Part shown: positions 1 to 11,032 of the stretch, one piece after another
How positions within the stretch are numbered: the stretch's first letter is position 1
Layout: each line of letters opens with the position of its first letter
DNA from: Sedimentisphaeraceae bacterium JB056
Lineage (GTDB): Bacteria; Planctomycetota; Phycisphaerae; Sedimentisphaerales; Sedimentisphaeraceae
Direction of reading: 5' to 3'
DNA: 64,000 nucleotides
Assembly (NCBI GenBank): GCA_044440125.1
Contig: JBITAJ010000004.1
Span: forward strand, 128,001 to 192,000
Notes under the pieces: model-generated
Database searches by the model: none
Told to the model about the DNA's origin: nothing
The model's input: only the letters and a program-made list of their open reading frames with translations
Position numbers and translations under genes: made by a program

Positions 1-136
1 AAAACACGGCATCTTTGATCAACCCCAACGATACGACATAATAACGATAGTATTGCCGAGAAAAGGCAAACCCAAACTTACCCATTATCCAAATGCCTTC
101 TACCCGGCATAGAATATTGAAAACAGGATAGACATT

Positions 137-907
137 ATGAAACTCATAGATACTCACGCACATTTGACATTCCCCGAGCTTCGGGATGACCTCGAGGGCG
201 TACTAAGCCGCGCGGCCGAAGTTGGGGTTACTGAGTTCATAACAATAGGAACAGATGTTGAAAACAATCGGCTTGCTCTTGAGCTGGCCGCAGACAATGA
301 GCCTATATATGCTACGGTCGGATTCCATCCACATGACGCCAAGGACATAACTCCAGCCCTTCTCGATGAGATGAAGGAACAATCGTTTATGGAAAAGGTG
401 GTGGCAATTGGTGAGATCGGGCTGGATTATCACTATAATCTGTCACCGGCCGATGTGCAGAAAGAAATATTCCGCAAGCAGCTTGAGATTGCAATAGATC
501 GGAAGCTTCCTGCTGTTATTCACAGCCGTGAGGCATTTGATGATACCATGGAAATATTCGAGAGCTTTGGCGATGATCTTCCTCCGATAGTCGTGCATTG
601 TTTCGGAGGTAATCCGCAGCAGGCTCAAATGTGTATCAACAAGGGGTTTTATATCTCTTTTACCGGTGTGGTAACATTCAAAAATGCCCAGTCTGCCAGA
701 GATGCTGCAGTCGAAGTACCGCCGGAAAGACTGATGGTAGAGACCGACTGTCCGTTTATGTCGCCTGCTCCGATGCGTAAGCAAAAGGTGAATGAACCTG
801 CCTTGATGGTGCATACCGCTGCAAAGCTTGCGGAGATCAATGATATGCCGCTTGAAAAGCTTGCGGAGATAACGACCGCCAACACAAAACGTTTCTTTAA
901 TATCTGA
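137..907 (+). CDS. tatD: TatD family metal-dependent hydrolase/DNase
   Basis: IDTHAHL, VAIGEIGLDY, IHSR, VHCF and LMVETDCPF motifs of the TatD family. Confidence 0.92.
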   Translation: MKLIDTHAHLTFPELRDDLEGVLSRAAEVGVTEFITIGTDVENNRLALELAADNEPIYATVGFHPHDAKDITPALLDEMKEQSFMEKVVAIGEIGLDYHYNLSPADVQKEIFRKQLEIAIDRKLPAVIHSREAFDDTMEIFESFGDDLPPIVVHCFGGNPQQAQMCINKGFYISFTGVVTFKNAQSARDAAVEVPPERLMVETDCPFMSPAPMRKQKVNEPALMVHTAAKLAEINDMPLEKLAEITTANTKRFFNI

Positions 908-933
908 TAAATCTAAATACAACAGGACTTATT

Positions 934-1152
934 ATGCCTATATTCGAATATAAATGTCAAAAATGCGAAAAGTTGGTATCCATCTTTCTTAAAAACTCAG
1001 ATGAGTCAAATGTGAAATGTCCTGAATGCGGCAGTAAAAAACTCAAAAAGCAAATGTCAACATTCGCCGGTGTAGTAAAAGAATCAAAACCGGCTCCGAG
1101 CGGATGCGGCGGATGCCAAAACGCACCAATGTGTCCAAACGCAAAGTTCTGA
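934..1152 (+). CDS. FmdB family zinc-ribbon protein
   Basis: MPIFEYKCQKC...CPECGS..LKK.MS signature, plus a Cys-rich tail (CGGC..C). Confidence 0.85.
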   Translation: MPIFEYKCQKCEKLVSIFLKNSDESNVKCPECGSKKLKKQMSTFAGVVKESKPAPSGCGGCQNAPMCPNAKF

Positions 1153-1287
1153 AAGAATAGATATTTTTTGTCATCTTAATCCTATGTTAGTTGACTTTAA
1201 AAGTAAAATATCTTGCAAATAATGGGCTTTTATGTAGTATTTGGGCTGAAATCGGAGAAAATACCTCTTATCAAAGACTAAATACAT

Positions 1288-3000
1288 ATGCTTAAAAGAT
1301 TCATAAAATATTACAGGCCGCACCTGCGTCTATTCATACTGGATATGTCGGCGGCGGTTATTGCATCGCTGATATCGGTACTGATACCGGTACTGACTCG
1401 CAAGCTGCTTAAGGATTACCTTCCGGCGGAAGACATTGCCAAAATCTGGCAGATGATAGCGATAATGATGGGCATGATTGTTATCTCATCAATCCTCTCG
1501 TATATCCGTGTTCGTTGGGGACACACCCTCGGCGTGCGAATGGAAGCTGACATGAGAAGCGACATCTTCTCTCATATCCAGAAACTCAGCTTCAACTATT
1601 TCGACAACGTTAAAACCGGCCATATAATGAGCCGTATATCCAACGACCTAAATCAGATTGCAGAAATTGCACACCATGCCCCGGAAGATCTCATAATATC
1701 ATCAATCGTTATAATCGGCGCATTGGTTGCAATGTTCATGTTCTCTGTTCCGCTTGCAATAATAGCCCTTTTCCCACTTACAGCAATAATACTCTGGGGA
1801 ATCTTCTATGGCGGCTCGATGAAAAAGGGATTCAGGCAGGTACGTAAGAAAATAGCCGAGATAAACAGCTCCGTTGAAAACTCAGTACAGGGAATCAGGG
1901 AAGTAAAGGCATTTGCCAACGAGCCTGAAGAAATCGTTAAGTTCGGCGAAGTGAACACATCTTTCCGCTCAGCAAAGGAAAGCATGTACGGCATAATGAG
2001 CATATTCTTTGCGGTAATGATGCTGCTTACCGAATCTTACTTTCTTATAATAATCGGCGGCGGCACATTTCTGATAATCAAAGGAACCATAACAACCGCA
2101 GACCTGATACCGTTTATCTTGTATATTCATTTCATACTCAAACCAATAAACCGGCTTGTAAACTTCACAGAACAGCTCCAGAGAGGCGCGGCCTGCTTTG
2201 AGCGATTCATTGAAGTAATGGATATCGAACCGGATATCGTAGATTCACCAGACGCCCGGGACATTGAAAAAATAGATGGACAAATCAAACTTGAAAATCT
2301 GACTTTCAGGTACAAGGGATTCGAAGAAGATGTATTGAATAATGTAAACATACAAGTGCCTAAAGGTAAAACAATCGCAATAGTCGGTGAATCAGGCGCA
2401 GGTAAATCGACAATCGCCTCATTAATACCCAGATTCTACGAAACTGAAACTGGAAAAATATTAATAGACAACCACAACATCAACGAAATAAAACAGCGTT
2501 GCCTGAGACGCAATATAGGCATCGTACAGCAAAACGTATTCCTTTTCGACTCAACCATACGTGATAATATCATGTACGGCAACTTCGATGCCACAGAGCA
2601 GCAACTTTATGAGGCCGCGAAGAAGGCCAATATCTACGACTTTATAGTCTCACTGCCTGATGGTTTCGACACACTTGTCGGTGAAAGAGGAGTAAAGCTT
2701 TCCGGCGGACAAAAACAGAGAATCTCCGTTGCGAGAGTATTTCTTAAAAATCCACCGATTTTCATATTTGATGAAGCTACAAGCTCACTCGATTCTGAAT
2801 CAGAGGCCCTTATACAACGTTCCCTTGAGCTGCTCAGCACCAATAGAACGACAATAATAATAGCTCACAGGCTGTCAACGATAAAAAAGGCCGACCATAT
2901 CTATGTACTGCGAAAAGGTAAGGTAGTTGAAGACGGAACGCATCAACAGCTGATGGACAGGAAAGATTACTACCACAGCCTCTATTCAATCAGCGGATAA
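1288..3000 (+). CDS. ABC exporter, fused permease/ATP-binding subunit (MsbA/MdlB-like)
   Basis: N-terminal TM helices; Walker A GESGAGKST; signature LSGGQKQR; Walker B FIFDEATS; H-loop IAHRLST. Confidence 0.93.
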   Translation: MLKRFIKYYRPHLRLFILDMSAAVIASLISVLIPVLTRKLLKDYLPAEDIAKIWQMIAIMMGMIVISSILSYIRVRWGHTLGVRMEADMRSDIFSHIQKLSFNYFDNVKTGHIMSRISNDLNQIAEIAHHAPEDLIISSIVIIGALVAMFMFSVPLAIIALFPLTAIILWGIFYGGSMKKGFRQVRKKIAEINSSVENSVQGIREVKAFANEPEEIVKFGEVNTSFRSAKESMYGIMSIFFAVMMLLTESYFLIIIGGGTFLIIKGTITTADLIPFILYIHFILKPINRLVNFTEQLQRGAACFERFIEVMDIEPDIVDSPDARDIEKIDGQIKLENLTFRYKGFEEDVLNNVNIQVPKGKTIAIVGESGAGKSTIASLIPRFYETETGKILIDNHNINEIKQRCLRRNIGIVQQNVFLFDSTIRDNIMYGNFDATEQQLYEAAKKANIYDFIVSLPDGFDTLVGERGVKLSGGQKQRISVARVFLKNPPIFIFDEATSSLDSESEALIQRSLELLSTNRTTIIIAHRLSTIKKADHIYVLRKGKVVEDGTHQQLMDRKDYYHSLYSISG

Positions 3001-3007
3001 AAAAACA

Positions 3008-3041
3008 ATACCGGGCGAAGCAGTGAAGCTCGGCCCGGTAT
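3008..3041. terminator. Probable intrinsic terminator hairpin between convergent genes
   Basis: ATACCGGGC...GCCCGGTAT inverted repeat right after the ABC exporter stop, with an A-rich flank. Confidence 0.6.
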
Positions 3042-3071
3042 ATTAAGAATAAACCTTTTGGGGAAATTATC

Positions 3072-4415
3072 TTATTTGTAAAGCTCGTTCTCGATAAAGC
3101 CGGTATCAATATCACTCTTGATATACATCGGATGGTCCAGTATCTCAAGAGATGCTGGGATAGTCGTCTTGATCGGTCCGATTGCGAATTCTTTCAACGC
3201 ACGCTTCATAGTGGCGATAGCTTCCTTGCGTGTCGGTTGATGTACGAGCAGTTTTGCTATCATTGAATCGTAGTTCGGTGAAATGAAAGAGCCCTGCTTG
3301 ACATAAGTCTCAACTCTAACGCCGAAACCGCCAGGCACATTGAATTCATTTATTGGTCCCGGTGAAGGGGCAAAGTTAGCCGCCGGATTCTCTGCATTGA
3401 TACGGCACTCTATAGCACAACCGTTTAGCTTGATGTCTTTCTGTGACATATCAAGAGGCTCACCCGAAGCAATCTTAAGCTGCCACTTGATCAGATCCTG
3501 ACCCGTAACAAGCTCACTGACAGGATGCTCAACCTGAATACGCGTATTAGCTTCTATGAAGTAGAAATTATTATCCGCATCAAGAAGAAACTCAACTGTC
3601 GCGGCATTTTCATAGTTGGCCGCCTTTATCACATTGATTGCCGAGTTGCAAAGCTTCTCACGTGTCTTCTGATCCAGAACCGGACACGGCGATTCCTCTA
3701 TCAATTTCTGGTGACGTCTCTGAACAGAGCAGTCTCTCTCGTAAAAATGAAGAACCTTGCCGTATTTATCCGCCATAACCTGCACTTCAACGTGCCTTGG
3801 CTTGACGATAAATTTCTCAAGATAAACCTCACCGTTGCTGAACGCCGCTAAAGCTTCAGCCTTCGCGGAATTGTAAGCATTCTTGAATGAAAGATCGTTA
3901 TGAACAACCCTCATACCACGACCACCGCCACCGGCAGAAGCCTTGATTATGACAGGGTATCCGATTTCATTAGCAAGCTTGATCGCCGCCTTTTCATCGG
4001 TTATCGCACCTTCGGAACCAGGCACAACAGGCACGTTGGCACTCATCGCAAGCTTTCTCGCCTGCACCTTATCGCCAAGCATGCTCATTGATTTGGCACT
4101 GGGGCCGATGAATTCTATGCCGCAATCGGCACAGACCTCAGCAAAGTGCGAGTTTTCCGCTAAAAAACCGTAACCCGGATGAATCGCATCAACATCTGCA
4201 ATCTCCGCGGCACTGATTATAGCGGGAATATTAAGGTAGCTCTTGGCAGGTGCCGCCGGACCGATACAGATAGCACGGTCTGCGGACTTGAGATATTCTG
4301 CGTCCTTGTCGGCCTGAGAATATACCGCAACGGCTTCGACTCCCAGCTCGTGGCACGCGCGTATTACGCGCAACGCAACCTCACCGCGATTCGCTATCAG
4401 AACTCTTGAAAACAT
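3072..4415 (-). CDS. accC: Acetyl-CoA carboxylase biotin carboxylase subunit
   Basis: [40 protein letters not shown] and [10 protein letters not shown] motifs; adjacent to accB. Confidence 0.97.
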   Translation of the reverse strand: MFSRVLIANRGEVALRVIRACHELGVEAVAVYSQADKDAEYLKSADRAICIGPAAPAKSYLNIPAIISAAEIADVDAIHPGYGFLAENSHFAEVCADCGIEFIGPSAKSMSMLGDKVQARKLAMSANVPVVPGSEGAITDEKAAIKLANEIGYPVIIKASAGGGGRGMRVVHNDLSFKNAYNSAKAEALAAFSNGEVYLEKFIVKPRHVEVQVMADKYGKVLHFYERDCSVQRRHQKLIEESPCPVLDQKTREKLCNSAINVIKAANYENAATVEFLLDADNNFYFIEANTRIQVEHPVSELVTGQDLIKWQLKIASGEPLDMSQKDIKLNGCAIECRINAENPAANFAPSPGPINEFNVPGGFGVRVETYVKQGSFISPNYDSMIAKLLVHQPTRKEAIATMKRALKEFAIGPIKTTIPASLEILDHPMYIKSDIDTGFIENELYK

Positions 4416-4440
4416 ATAAAACTCCAGACAATGTGTGGGG

Positions 4441-4932
4441 TTATTTTATCTTGAAAAGCGGCTGCCCAAATTCAACAGCCTCACCATTAGATACGCAAAT
4501 CTCAGAGATCGTACCACTGGCCTCAGCCTTGATCTCATTCATTACTTTCATCGCTTCAACGATACAAACAACTGTATCCTCAGTAACGCTGTCACCAACC
4601 TTCACAAAAGGATCGGAATCAGGGCTTGGAGCGGTATAGAAAGTACCCACTATAGGAGAATCAATCGTATTGGCTTCGTCAACAGCCGCTGCATCTGCAA
4701 CCGGAGCAGCAACAGGTGCAACACCGCCGGCAGTAGCAGGCATAGCTTGCATTGGAGCCATTGCAGGCATCTGAGTAATAATCTGCTCAGGCTGCTTAGG
4801 CTCTGGACGCCTGAGGTGAACTTTGGTTTTCTCATCAGTAAGCTCAACCTCTACAAGGTCGTTCTCACTCATCATATCTATCAGTTTTTTTATTGTTTCT
4901 ACATCTGTTGATGCTATTTTGTCCGAACTCAT
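4441..4932 (-). CDS. accB: Biotin carboxyl carrier protein
   Basis: EAMKVMNEI biotinylation motif; Ala/Pro-rich linker; SPIVGTFY. Confidence 0.96.
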   Translation of the reverse strand: MSSDKIASTDVETIKKLIDMMSENDLVEVELTDEKTKVHLRRPEPKQPEQIITQMPAMAPMQAMPATAGGVAPVAAPVADAAAVDEANTIDSPIVGTFYTAPSPDSDPFVKVGDSVTEDTVVCIVEAMKVMNEIKAEASGTISEICVSNGEAVEFGQPLFKIK

Positions 4933-5181
4933 CGGTAACCTTTCAATCTACTAATTTTAGTACCAATAATACTCTAATAACACGTCCCTTTACTGCGGCT
5001 ATCCACAATATTAAGCTGTACTTATGCAACTTACGAAAGCCGCAGACATTCAATCGCCGCAGTAACGTACCGCTTACACTGATTGAACACTATATTTACA
5101 ATGACCGCTAATTATACCAGATTTCAACTCAGTTGCAATAAAATTATAGCAATTAGAGACTATAAAGACCTTTTTTATCTA

Positions 5182-5982
5182 CTATTTACCTCGGGCATAA
5201 AATCTTCCGGCAATCTGCCGTACTTCTATCGGCCAGTCAAAAAGCTCTGTCAATTTATCGGAATTCAGAATATTTCGCGGCAAATCCTTTGCCATAAATC
5301 TGCCGTCTTTCAACATGCATACCATATCCACATTTTCAGGAAGCTCCGAAAGATGGTGAGTGACTATCAAAACAGCAGGCCCATCGGCATCTTTTTGCAG
5401 ATTACTCAAATTCCTGATGACGCTCTCCCTGTTTCTGATATCAAGCCCAAGAGTAGGTTCGTCGAGAACAAGAAGCTTAGGTTTCTTCATGAGGGAACGG
5501 CATATAAGAGTATTCATCCTCTCGCCGGTTGAAAGACAGTGATAAGAACGACCGGCTAACTTGCAAAGCCCTCCCATCTTGACCATATCATCCACACGAG
5601 CAGTTTCATCCTCAGTCAGATCACGTGTTATCGGCAGCCGGATAGTCTCAAAAAGTCCAGTTGCGACAACCTGCCAGGCAGTTATATTACTGTCAAATTC
5701 GGGAACCCTTGATGTAGTGATAAGGCTTATCTCACTTCTGACATCCGCAAGTGACACCTCACCATATGTCTGACCGCAGAAATGCACACTGCCTTCACTG
5801 GGCCATTGATAACCCGCTATTATCGATATCAATGAAGATTTCCCCGAACCGTTAGGCCCTATCACAGCGCAGCACTGCCCGCTCTCAATACAAAGATCTA
5901 TCCCGTCCAAAATGACTTTCCCGTCTTTCTGGAGCCCTATCCCGCTGAGTTCTATGACATTTGACATTTCAAAATCTTGCAA
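5182..5982 (-). CDS. ABC transporter ATP-binding protein (ModF/YlmA-like)
   Basis: Walker A GPNGSGKSS; LSTGE signature variant; LVLDEPT; VTHH; no cognate permease nearby; start may be ~15 nt downstream. Confidence 0.85.
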   Translation of the reverse strand: MQDFEMSNVIELSGIGLQKDGKVILDGIDLCIESGQCCAVIGPNGSGKSSLISIIAGYQWPSEGSVHFCGQTYGEVSLADVRSEISLITTSRVPEFDSNITAWQVVATGLFETIRLPITRDLTEDETARVDDMVKMGGLCKLAGRSYHCLSTGERMNTLICRSLMKKPKLLVLDEPTLGLDIRNRESVIRNLSNLQKDADGPAVLIVTHHLSELPENVDMVCMLKDGRFMAKDLPRNILNSDKLTELFDWPIEVRQIAGRFYARGK

Positions 5983-6017
5983 TATGCTTCTGATTTATCA
6001 GCTTTGGAAATACAGAA

Positions 6018-6632
6018 TCAGTCTTTCGGCATTTCCGGTATCTTCGCAAGTATCTTATCTGCAAGACCATACTTAAGCGATTCTTCTGCCTCAAGCCAAA
6101 GGTTACGATCACAATCCTTCTCGATCTGCTCGCTTGATTTGCCTGTGTGTTCTGAAAGAATGTTGTAAAGGCGTGCTCTCAGGCGAAGAATCTCTCTGGC
6201 CTCGATCTCGAGATCGGCAGAAGGCCCCTGCATTACACCTGAAAGCAGCGGCTGATGCAGAAGAACGCGGCTGTTTGGAAGCATGAAACGCTTGCCGCTC
6301 TCGCCGCCTGCAAACAATACAGCACCCATGCTTGCCGCCTGACCAATACAGTATGTCGCCACCTTGCATCGAAGGAAACGCATTGTATCGTAGATTGCAA
6401 GCCCTGCGGTAACACTGCCGCCCGGCGAATTAATGTAGAAATGAATATCACTCTCACTGTCTTCATTACTGAGGAAAAGCAGCTGAGCGATTATCAGGTT
6501 TGCCGTTGCATCATCAACCTGCCCGCCAAGGAATATGATCCTGTCTCTGAGCAGCCTTGAATATATGTCATATGAACGCTCGCCGCGTCCTGTCTTTTCT
6601 ATTACTATCGGAACTAACTGATTTGATACCAT
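6018..6632 (-). CDS. clpP: ATP-dependent Clp protease proteolytic subunit
   Basis: [30 protein letters not shown] (Ser), LHQP (His), DRN (Asp region). Confidence 0.96.
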   Translation of the reverse strand: MVSNQLVPIVIEKTGRGERSYDIYSRLLRDRIIFLGGQVDDATANLIIAQLLFLSNEDSESDIHFYINSPGGSVTAGLAIYDTMRFLRCKVATYCIGQAASMGAVLFAGGESGKRFMLPNSRVLLHQPLLSGVMQGPSADLEIEAREILRLRARLYNILSEHTGKSSEQIEKDCDRNLWLEAEESLKYGLADKILAKIPEMPKD

Positions 6633-6671
6633 TTTTTATCCTTTAATATGAAGAGTCAAACACTCAATTCG

Positions 6672-6750
6672 GCGTTAGCAGTAATTATCGTGAGCGAAGC
6701 GAACACCTCAATTATTAATTCTTCATTATCAATTGTTAATTTTAAATTAG
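6672..6750. repeat. Short element: GCGTTAGC...TGAGCGAAGCGAA core plus six degenerate 7-bp (Y)AATTNN units
   Basis: Units caattat/taattct/tcattat/caattgt/taatttt/aaattag at 6709-6750; same core and heptamer tract recur at 51214-51309. Confidence 0.6.
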
Positions 6751-7364
6751 TCTTTATCTTCCGGCTCTTCAAGGACCTCATCAATGAGGTTGTATTCCAG
6801 AGCTTCCTTTGCCGTCATGTACCTGTCGCGATCAGTCTCTTCCTGAATCTGATCAACAGACCTGCCGGTATGCTTGCTCAGCACTTCGTTTATCATCTTC
6901 CTTGCCTTGATGATCTCTTCGGCCTGTATCTTGATATCAGATGCCTGACCGGTAACACCGCCCCATGGCTGATGTAGCATCACTTTTGCGTGAGGCAGAG
7001 CAAAACGCTTGCCTTTGGCACCTGATGCAAGGATAACCGCCGCTCCCGACTGGGCACTGCCGATACAATATGTAGCAATCGGCGAGCTGATAAAACGCAT
7101 TGTATCATAAATAGCCATAGTATCATCAACGCTGCCGCCCGGCGAGTTGATATACATGCTGATTTCCGCCCCGGGCTTGGTGTTGTCAAGATGAAGGAGC
7201 TTCATAATGACCTCGGTAGAGAGCCTGTAATTTATCTCACCTATCATAAAAAGGATACGATTGTCAAGCAGCATCTCATCAAGCGTCATCTCACGAGTAC
7301 GCTGATAATTCTGGGCATAAGCCGCCGCTGTGTAATGTATATTGTGTCTGTTAGTGTCTATCAT
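6747..7364 (-). CDS. clpP: Second Clp protease proteolytic subunit (ClpP paralogue)
   Basis: [25 protein letters not shown] (Ser), LHQP (His), DRDRY; tandem with the other clpP. Confidence 0.93.
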   Translation of the reverse strand: MIDTNRHNIHYTAAAYAQNYQRTREMTLDEMLLDNRILFMIGEINYRLSTEVIMKLLHLDNTKPGAEISMYINSPGGSVDDTMAIYDTMRFISSPIATYCIGSAQSGAAVILASGAKGKRFALPHAKVMLHQPWGGVTGQASDIKIQAEEIIKARKMINEVLSKHTGRSVDQIQEETDRDRYMTAKEALEYNLIDEVLEEPEDKD

Positions 7365-7594
7365 TTGAAATCCTTACCGGTTACTATAATATCAAAAAAA
7401 CAACCTACTTACTTATATTATAAAATCACATTATATTCATTTCCACCATTATTACCACTCCCTTTTAACGCTTTTTTTGATGCGGCGGCCTGTCCAAATC
7501 AGCAACTTACAGTAATATCACATATGCCGCATTGAAATCAACGCCATTACTGATACACATGGCGATGGGCATCAGAAATCAGTCGAAACATCCC

Positions 7595-8737
7595 TTATTT
7601 ATACTTATGCTGCTTGCGGTATGCCATTGGGCTGATGCCGGCTTCCTGCTTGAAGTAGCGTGCGAAGTGATCTATACCTGGGAAATCCATGGATTCTGCT
7701 ATCTGGGAAATACTCATATCCGTTTCCATAAGCATCATGATTATATTACGGGTCCTTGCGGCACGTATCTCTTTTAGCACAGAGCTGTTGAGTACACGGC
7801 GGAACCGTTTTTCGAGTACGCGGCGTGATACAGCACTCGCCTCAGCAACATCCTCGACAGTTATATTGCGGCGGCTGCAATCCCTTATGAATCGCATAGC
7901 CTCTGCAACCGTATCATCCTCAACGGCAAGTATATCAGTGGAATGTCTCTGCACGATATAGGTGGGTTGAATCACAATTTCCTCATCCGATGTCAAATGA
8001 CCGCTTTTCATCAGGTTGTCAAGCACCTGAGCAGCCCTGAAACCGGCACTTTCACTGTCAAGAGCGATACTGGAAAGTTGCGGCTCACAAAGATCGCAAA
8101 CAATATCGTCATTATCAACCCCCAAGACAGCCACATCATCAGGAACACGCAAACCTGCCATCCTGCATGCCTCTATTACATGCCGCCCCTGCTCATCGTT
8201 ACCGGCCAGAACACCGAGTGGTTTTTCAAGCTCACTTAACCATTGGGAAAGAAGCTGCTGGCGATGCTGCCAGGATTTTTTGCGGGTACCTTTGACCGGG
8301 AAAAAATCCATCTTACACCCCTTTTCTGCCACATAATCACCAAAGGCATCCCCTCTTCTCTTAGTCCATTCTGCATCAATCAGGCAATAATACGCAAAAT
8401 TCTTGAAACCTTTTTCAAGAAAGTGCTTGGCCGCCATCTGCCCGATCAGTTCACCGTTGGCAGATATTCGGGGACGACCTTTCAGTTTCATTTCCTTTGT
8501 AACAGACGGAATGCCGAGTTTTTTGATTCTTTCAGCCGAAACCGTATTGATTATATTGGCAATGATTCCATCGGCCTTCCAGTTCGAAAGGTTTGGAATA
8601 GCTTCTTTGCCGCCCGGTTCACTGTAAAAACGCCACGGCCCGTTAACGCGCGCATAGCGGGCAATACCACGCAGAAGATCGCGACCTAAAGACCTTGAAC
8701 TCTCTATGGATAAAATTACCTTGGGGTTACCGTCCAT
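7595..8737 (-). CDS. XylR-type transcriptional regulator (periplasmic-binding-fold sensor plus C-terminal AraC HTH)
   Basis: VPDDVAVLGVDND, LSSI, RHSTD, C-terminal AraC double HTH (FARYFKQEAGISPMAYRK). Confidence 0.9.
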   Translation of the reverse strand: MDGNPKVILSIESSRSLGRDLLRGIARYARVNGPWRFYSEPGGKEAIPNLSNWKADGIIANIINTVSAERIKKLGIPSVTKEMKLKGRPRISANGELIGQMAAKHFLEKGFKNFAYYCLIDAEWTKRRGDAFGDYVAEKGCKMDFFPVKGTRKKSWQHRQQLLSQWLSELEKPLGVLAGNDEQGRHVIEACRMAGLRVPDDVAVLGVDNDDIVCDLCEPQLSSIALDSESAGFRAAQVLDNLMKSGHLTSDEEIVIQPTYIVQRHSTDILAVEDDTVAEAMRFIRDCSRRNITVEDVAEASAVSRRVLEKRFRRVLNSSVLKEIRAARTRNIIMMLMETDMSISQIAESMDFPGIDHFARYFKQEAGISPMAYRKQHKYK

Positions 8738-8856
8738 ATCAATCTTTCAACAACAATTCCGTTTTCTAAAAGTAAAGCACTCAATGGAATAATAGCACAA
8801 AACCGTGCAAAACTCAAGATATTCGCCCCTTTTTACCAATAAGAAAAAACATGCAC

Positions 8857-9918
8857 TCAAGACTTATTCGAAAGATGTTTCTTATATATCCCTGTGCCGA
8901 GTATAAACAGCAATACAACAGCACTTGTATTCTCTATCCAATCGGGCATCATGAACATGCTGTGTTGAATAACATCGATACCAACCTCAAAGGCAAGATA
9001 GTCAACGACAAGCCCTGAAGCAACAGCACACACTATCACTGTCAGCATATAGGTGATTGCGGTTCTGGGCCCAAACTGTTTCCATACGATTGTATATGAA
9101 GCCGCATTAGTAGCAGGTCCTGTCATGAGAAATACCAAGGCTGCCCCGGGAGAGAGCCCCTTCATTATCATTGCCGCCGCAATAGGAACCGATGCCGAAG
9201 AACACACATATATAGGCATACCGATAAACACCATCGCGATAAGAGCCAAAGGCCCCCGACCAAGATTACCTGCAAAAAAGTCTTCAGGTATCAAGGCAGT
9301 AAGAAGTGCCGCTATCACAAGACCGGCAAGCATAGCCGCCGCACTGTCCTTCGGCAAATCGACAAAACCATACTTCAAACCGCCAAACCATGCTTTTATG
9401 CTCATGAATTTAGATTTTTCAGCCGCTTTTTCCGTCTTCTCAGATTCACAGCAGCAATCCTTATCAGGAGAGGTCTCCTTTGCGTCTACGTCTGCTTCTT
9501 TATCATCATCTTTCGCGAAATTAACTGCCAGACCGCCAATAATACCGGTAAAGAAAGTAATTATCGGCCTTATGATCGCGAAAACAGGGCCAAGCAACGC
9601 ATAAGTTACCGCAATACTGTCAACACCGGTCTGCGGCGTAGACAACAGAAACGATATACACGCACCTTTACCGGCACCGCTTTTCTGCAGCGACATAGTA
9701 ACCGGCAAAACACCGCATGAACACAAAGGCAGCGGGATGCCGAAAATACTTGCCTTGACCACTGAGCCAAGGGATGAACCGCCAAGATGACGCCGCACCG
9801 TATCGGCTGATATCACAACCGACAAAATCCCAGCAATCGCAAACCCGAATATAAGATAAGGCGACATCTCGCCGAGTATCGACCAGAATTCCTTGAATAA
9901 ATCATTTATAAAAGACAT
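8857..9918 (-). CDS. SO_0444/ArsP-like permease (putative Cu/Zn efflux)
   Basis: GIPLPLCSCGVLP, FLLSTPQTGVDS, PIYVCSSASVP, FLMTGPATN motifs; multiple TM segments; Cys-rich central loop. Confidence 0.85.
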   Translation of the reverse strand: MSFINDLFKEFWSILGEMSPYLIFGFAIAGILSVVISADTVRRHLGGSSLGSVVKASIFGIPLPLCSCGVLPVTMSLQKSGAGKGACISFLLSTPQTGVDSIAVTYALLGPVFAIIRPIITFFTGIIGGLAVNFAKDDDKEADVDAKETSPDKDCCCESEKTEKAAEKSKFMSIKAWFGGLKYGFVDLPKDSAAAMLAGLVIAALLTALIPEDFFAGNLGRGPLALIAMVFIGMPIYVCSSASVPIAAAMIMKGLSPGAALVFLMTGPATNAASYTIVWKQFGPRTAITYMLTVIVCAVASGLVVDYLAFEVGIDVIQHSMFMMPDWIENTSAVVLLFILGTGIYKKHLSNKS

Positions 9919-10146
9919 AATCCCTCCATTTAACTAAATCATAGCAATTAATTCTTCAATGTACTATATAGTAATACGCTTCTCACCAAACTTTGTTTAC
10001 ATTACACCTACTATACCCGATTATAGGATTTAACACAAGTATTTACGATTAATGTATAACTGATGAAAATTTTAATTGATTCGCAGAGATCAATGGATAT
10101 ATTGATAGAAGTTGTAGTAATTATAATTCAATCAAGGAGTAATATT

Positions 10147-10926
10147 ATGTCTAAACAGAAAATATTGTTATTATCATTGGCATTCGCCTGCGTTATTCTC
10201 AGCGGCTGCTCAACCACCCCTGCCGTTAACCCATGCGATGTGGAGATGAATTCACACTCGGCGGTAACTCCCGCACCACGCGACCATGACTGGTGGATAC
10301 CGCGTCATGAGAAGGTTTTAGCGAGAATAAAAGAAGGTAACGCAAACCTGATATTCATCGGCGACTCTATCACTCACGGCTGGGAAGGCTCAGGAAAGGA
10401 TATATGGGCAGAGTATTACGCACCGCACGGTGCGGTAAATATGGGCTTCGGCGGTGACCGTACACAGCACGTGCTCTGGCGTCTTGATAACGGCGAAATT
10501 GACGGAATAAATCCAAAGCTGGCCGTAATAATGATCGGTACTAACAACTCCAACGGCACAGACAACACTGCCGAGGAAATCGCCGACGGCATCAAGGCCA
10601 TCGTATGCAAGCTTCGCACAGACCTGCCGGAAACAAAAGTACTTATCCTCTCAATCTTCCCAAGAGGCGATAAAGAGCAGCGTGCCGATAAAAATGCTGA
10701 TGCAGCATACAACCCGCAATGGGAAAAGAACGACAAGGCAAGCGAGCTGGCATCAAAAATGGCTGACAACAAGATGATTTATTATCTTGATATCAATGAT
10801 GCGTTCCTTGATGAGAACGGAACCCTCACAAGAGAGATCATGCCCGACCTCCTCCATCCAAAGGAAAAAGGCTACAAACTCTGGGCCGAGGCTATGGAGC
10901 CGACAATTGAAAAGCTGATGAAATAA
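10147..10926 (+). CDS. SGNH/GDSL hydrolase lipoprotein (PAF-acetylhydrolase IB-like)
   Basis: FIGDSIT, GFGGDRT, MIGTNN and D-x-x-H (PDLLHP) blocks; lipobox LSGC; start moved to ATG 10147, which follows an AGGAG RBS. Confidence 0.9.
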   Translation: MSKQKILLLSLAFACVILSGCSTTPAVNPCDVEMNSHSAVTPAPRDHDWWIPRHEKVLARIKEGNANLIFIGDSITHGWEGSGKDIWAEYYAPHGAVNMGFGGDRTQHVLWRLDNGEIDGINPKLAVIMIGTNNSNGTDNTAEEIADGIKAIVCKLRTDLPETKVLILSIFPRGDKEQRADKNADAAYNPQWEKNDKASELASKMADNKMIYYLDINDAFLDENGTLTREIMPDLLHPKEKGYKLWAEAMEPTIEKLMK

Positions 10927-10948
10927 CCAAATTTCAAATCAAACAGTC

Positions 10949-10984
10949 AAAGACCTCCGCATGTAAAATAAGCGGAGGTCTTTT
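10949..10984 (+). terminator. Intrinsic terminator
   Basis: AAAGACCTCCGC / GCGGAGGTCTTT 12-bp stem followed by T run. Confidence 0.8.
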
Positions 10985-11032
10985 AGATTGAACAAAATAT
11001 AACGTTAAATATTTCAGATTAAGGAGACTTTT

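Noticed and set aside
1..136. Possible 3' end of an upstream gene
   Set aside because: Too little sequence to support a call.
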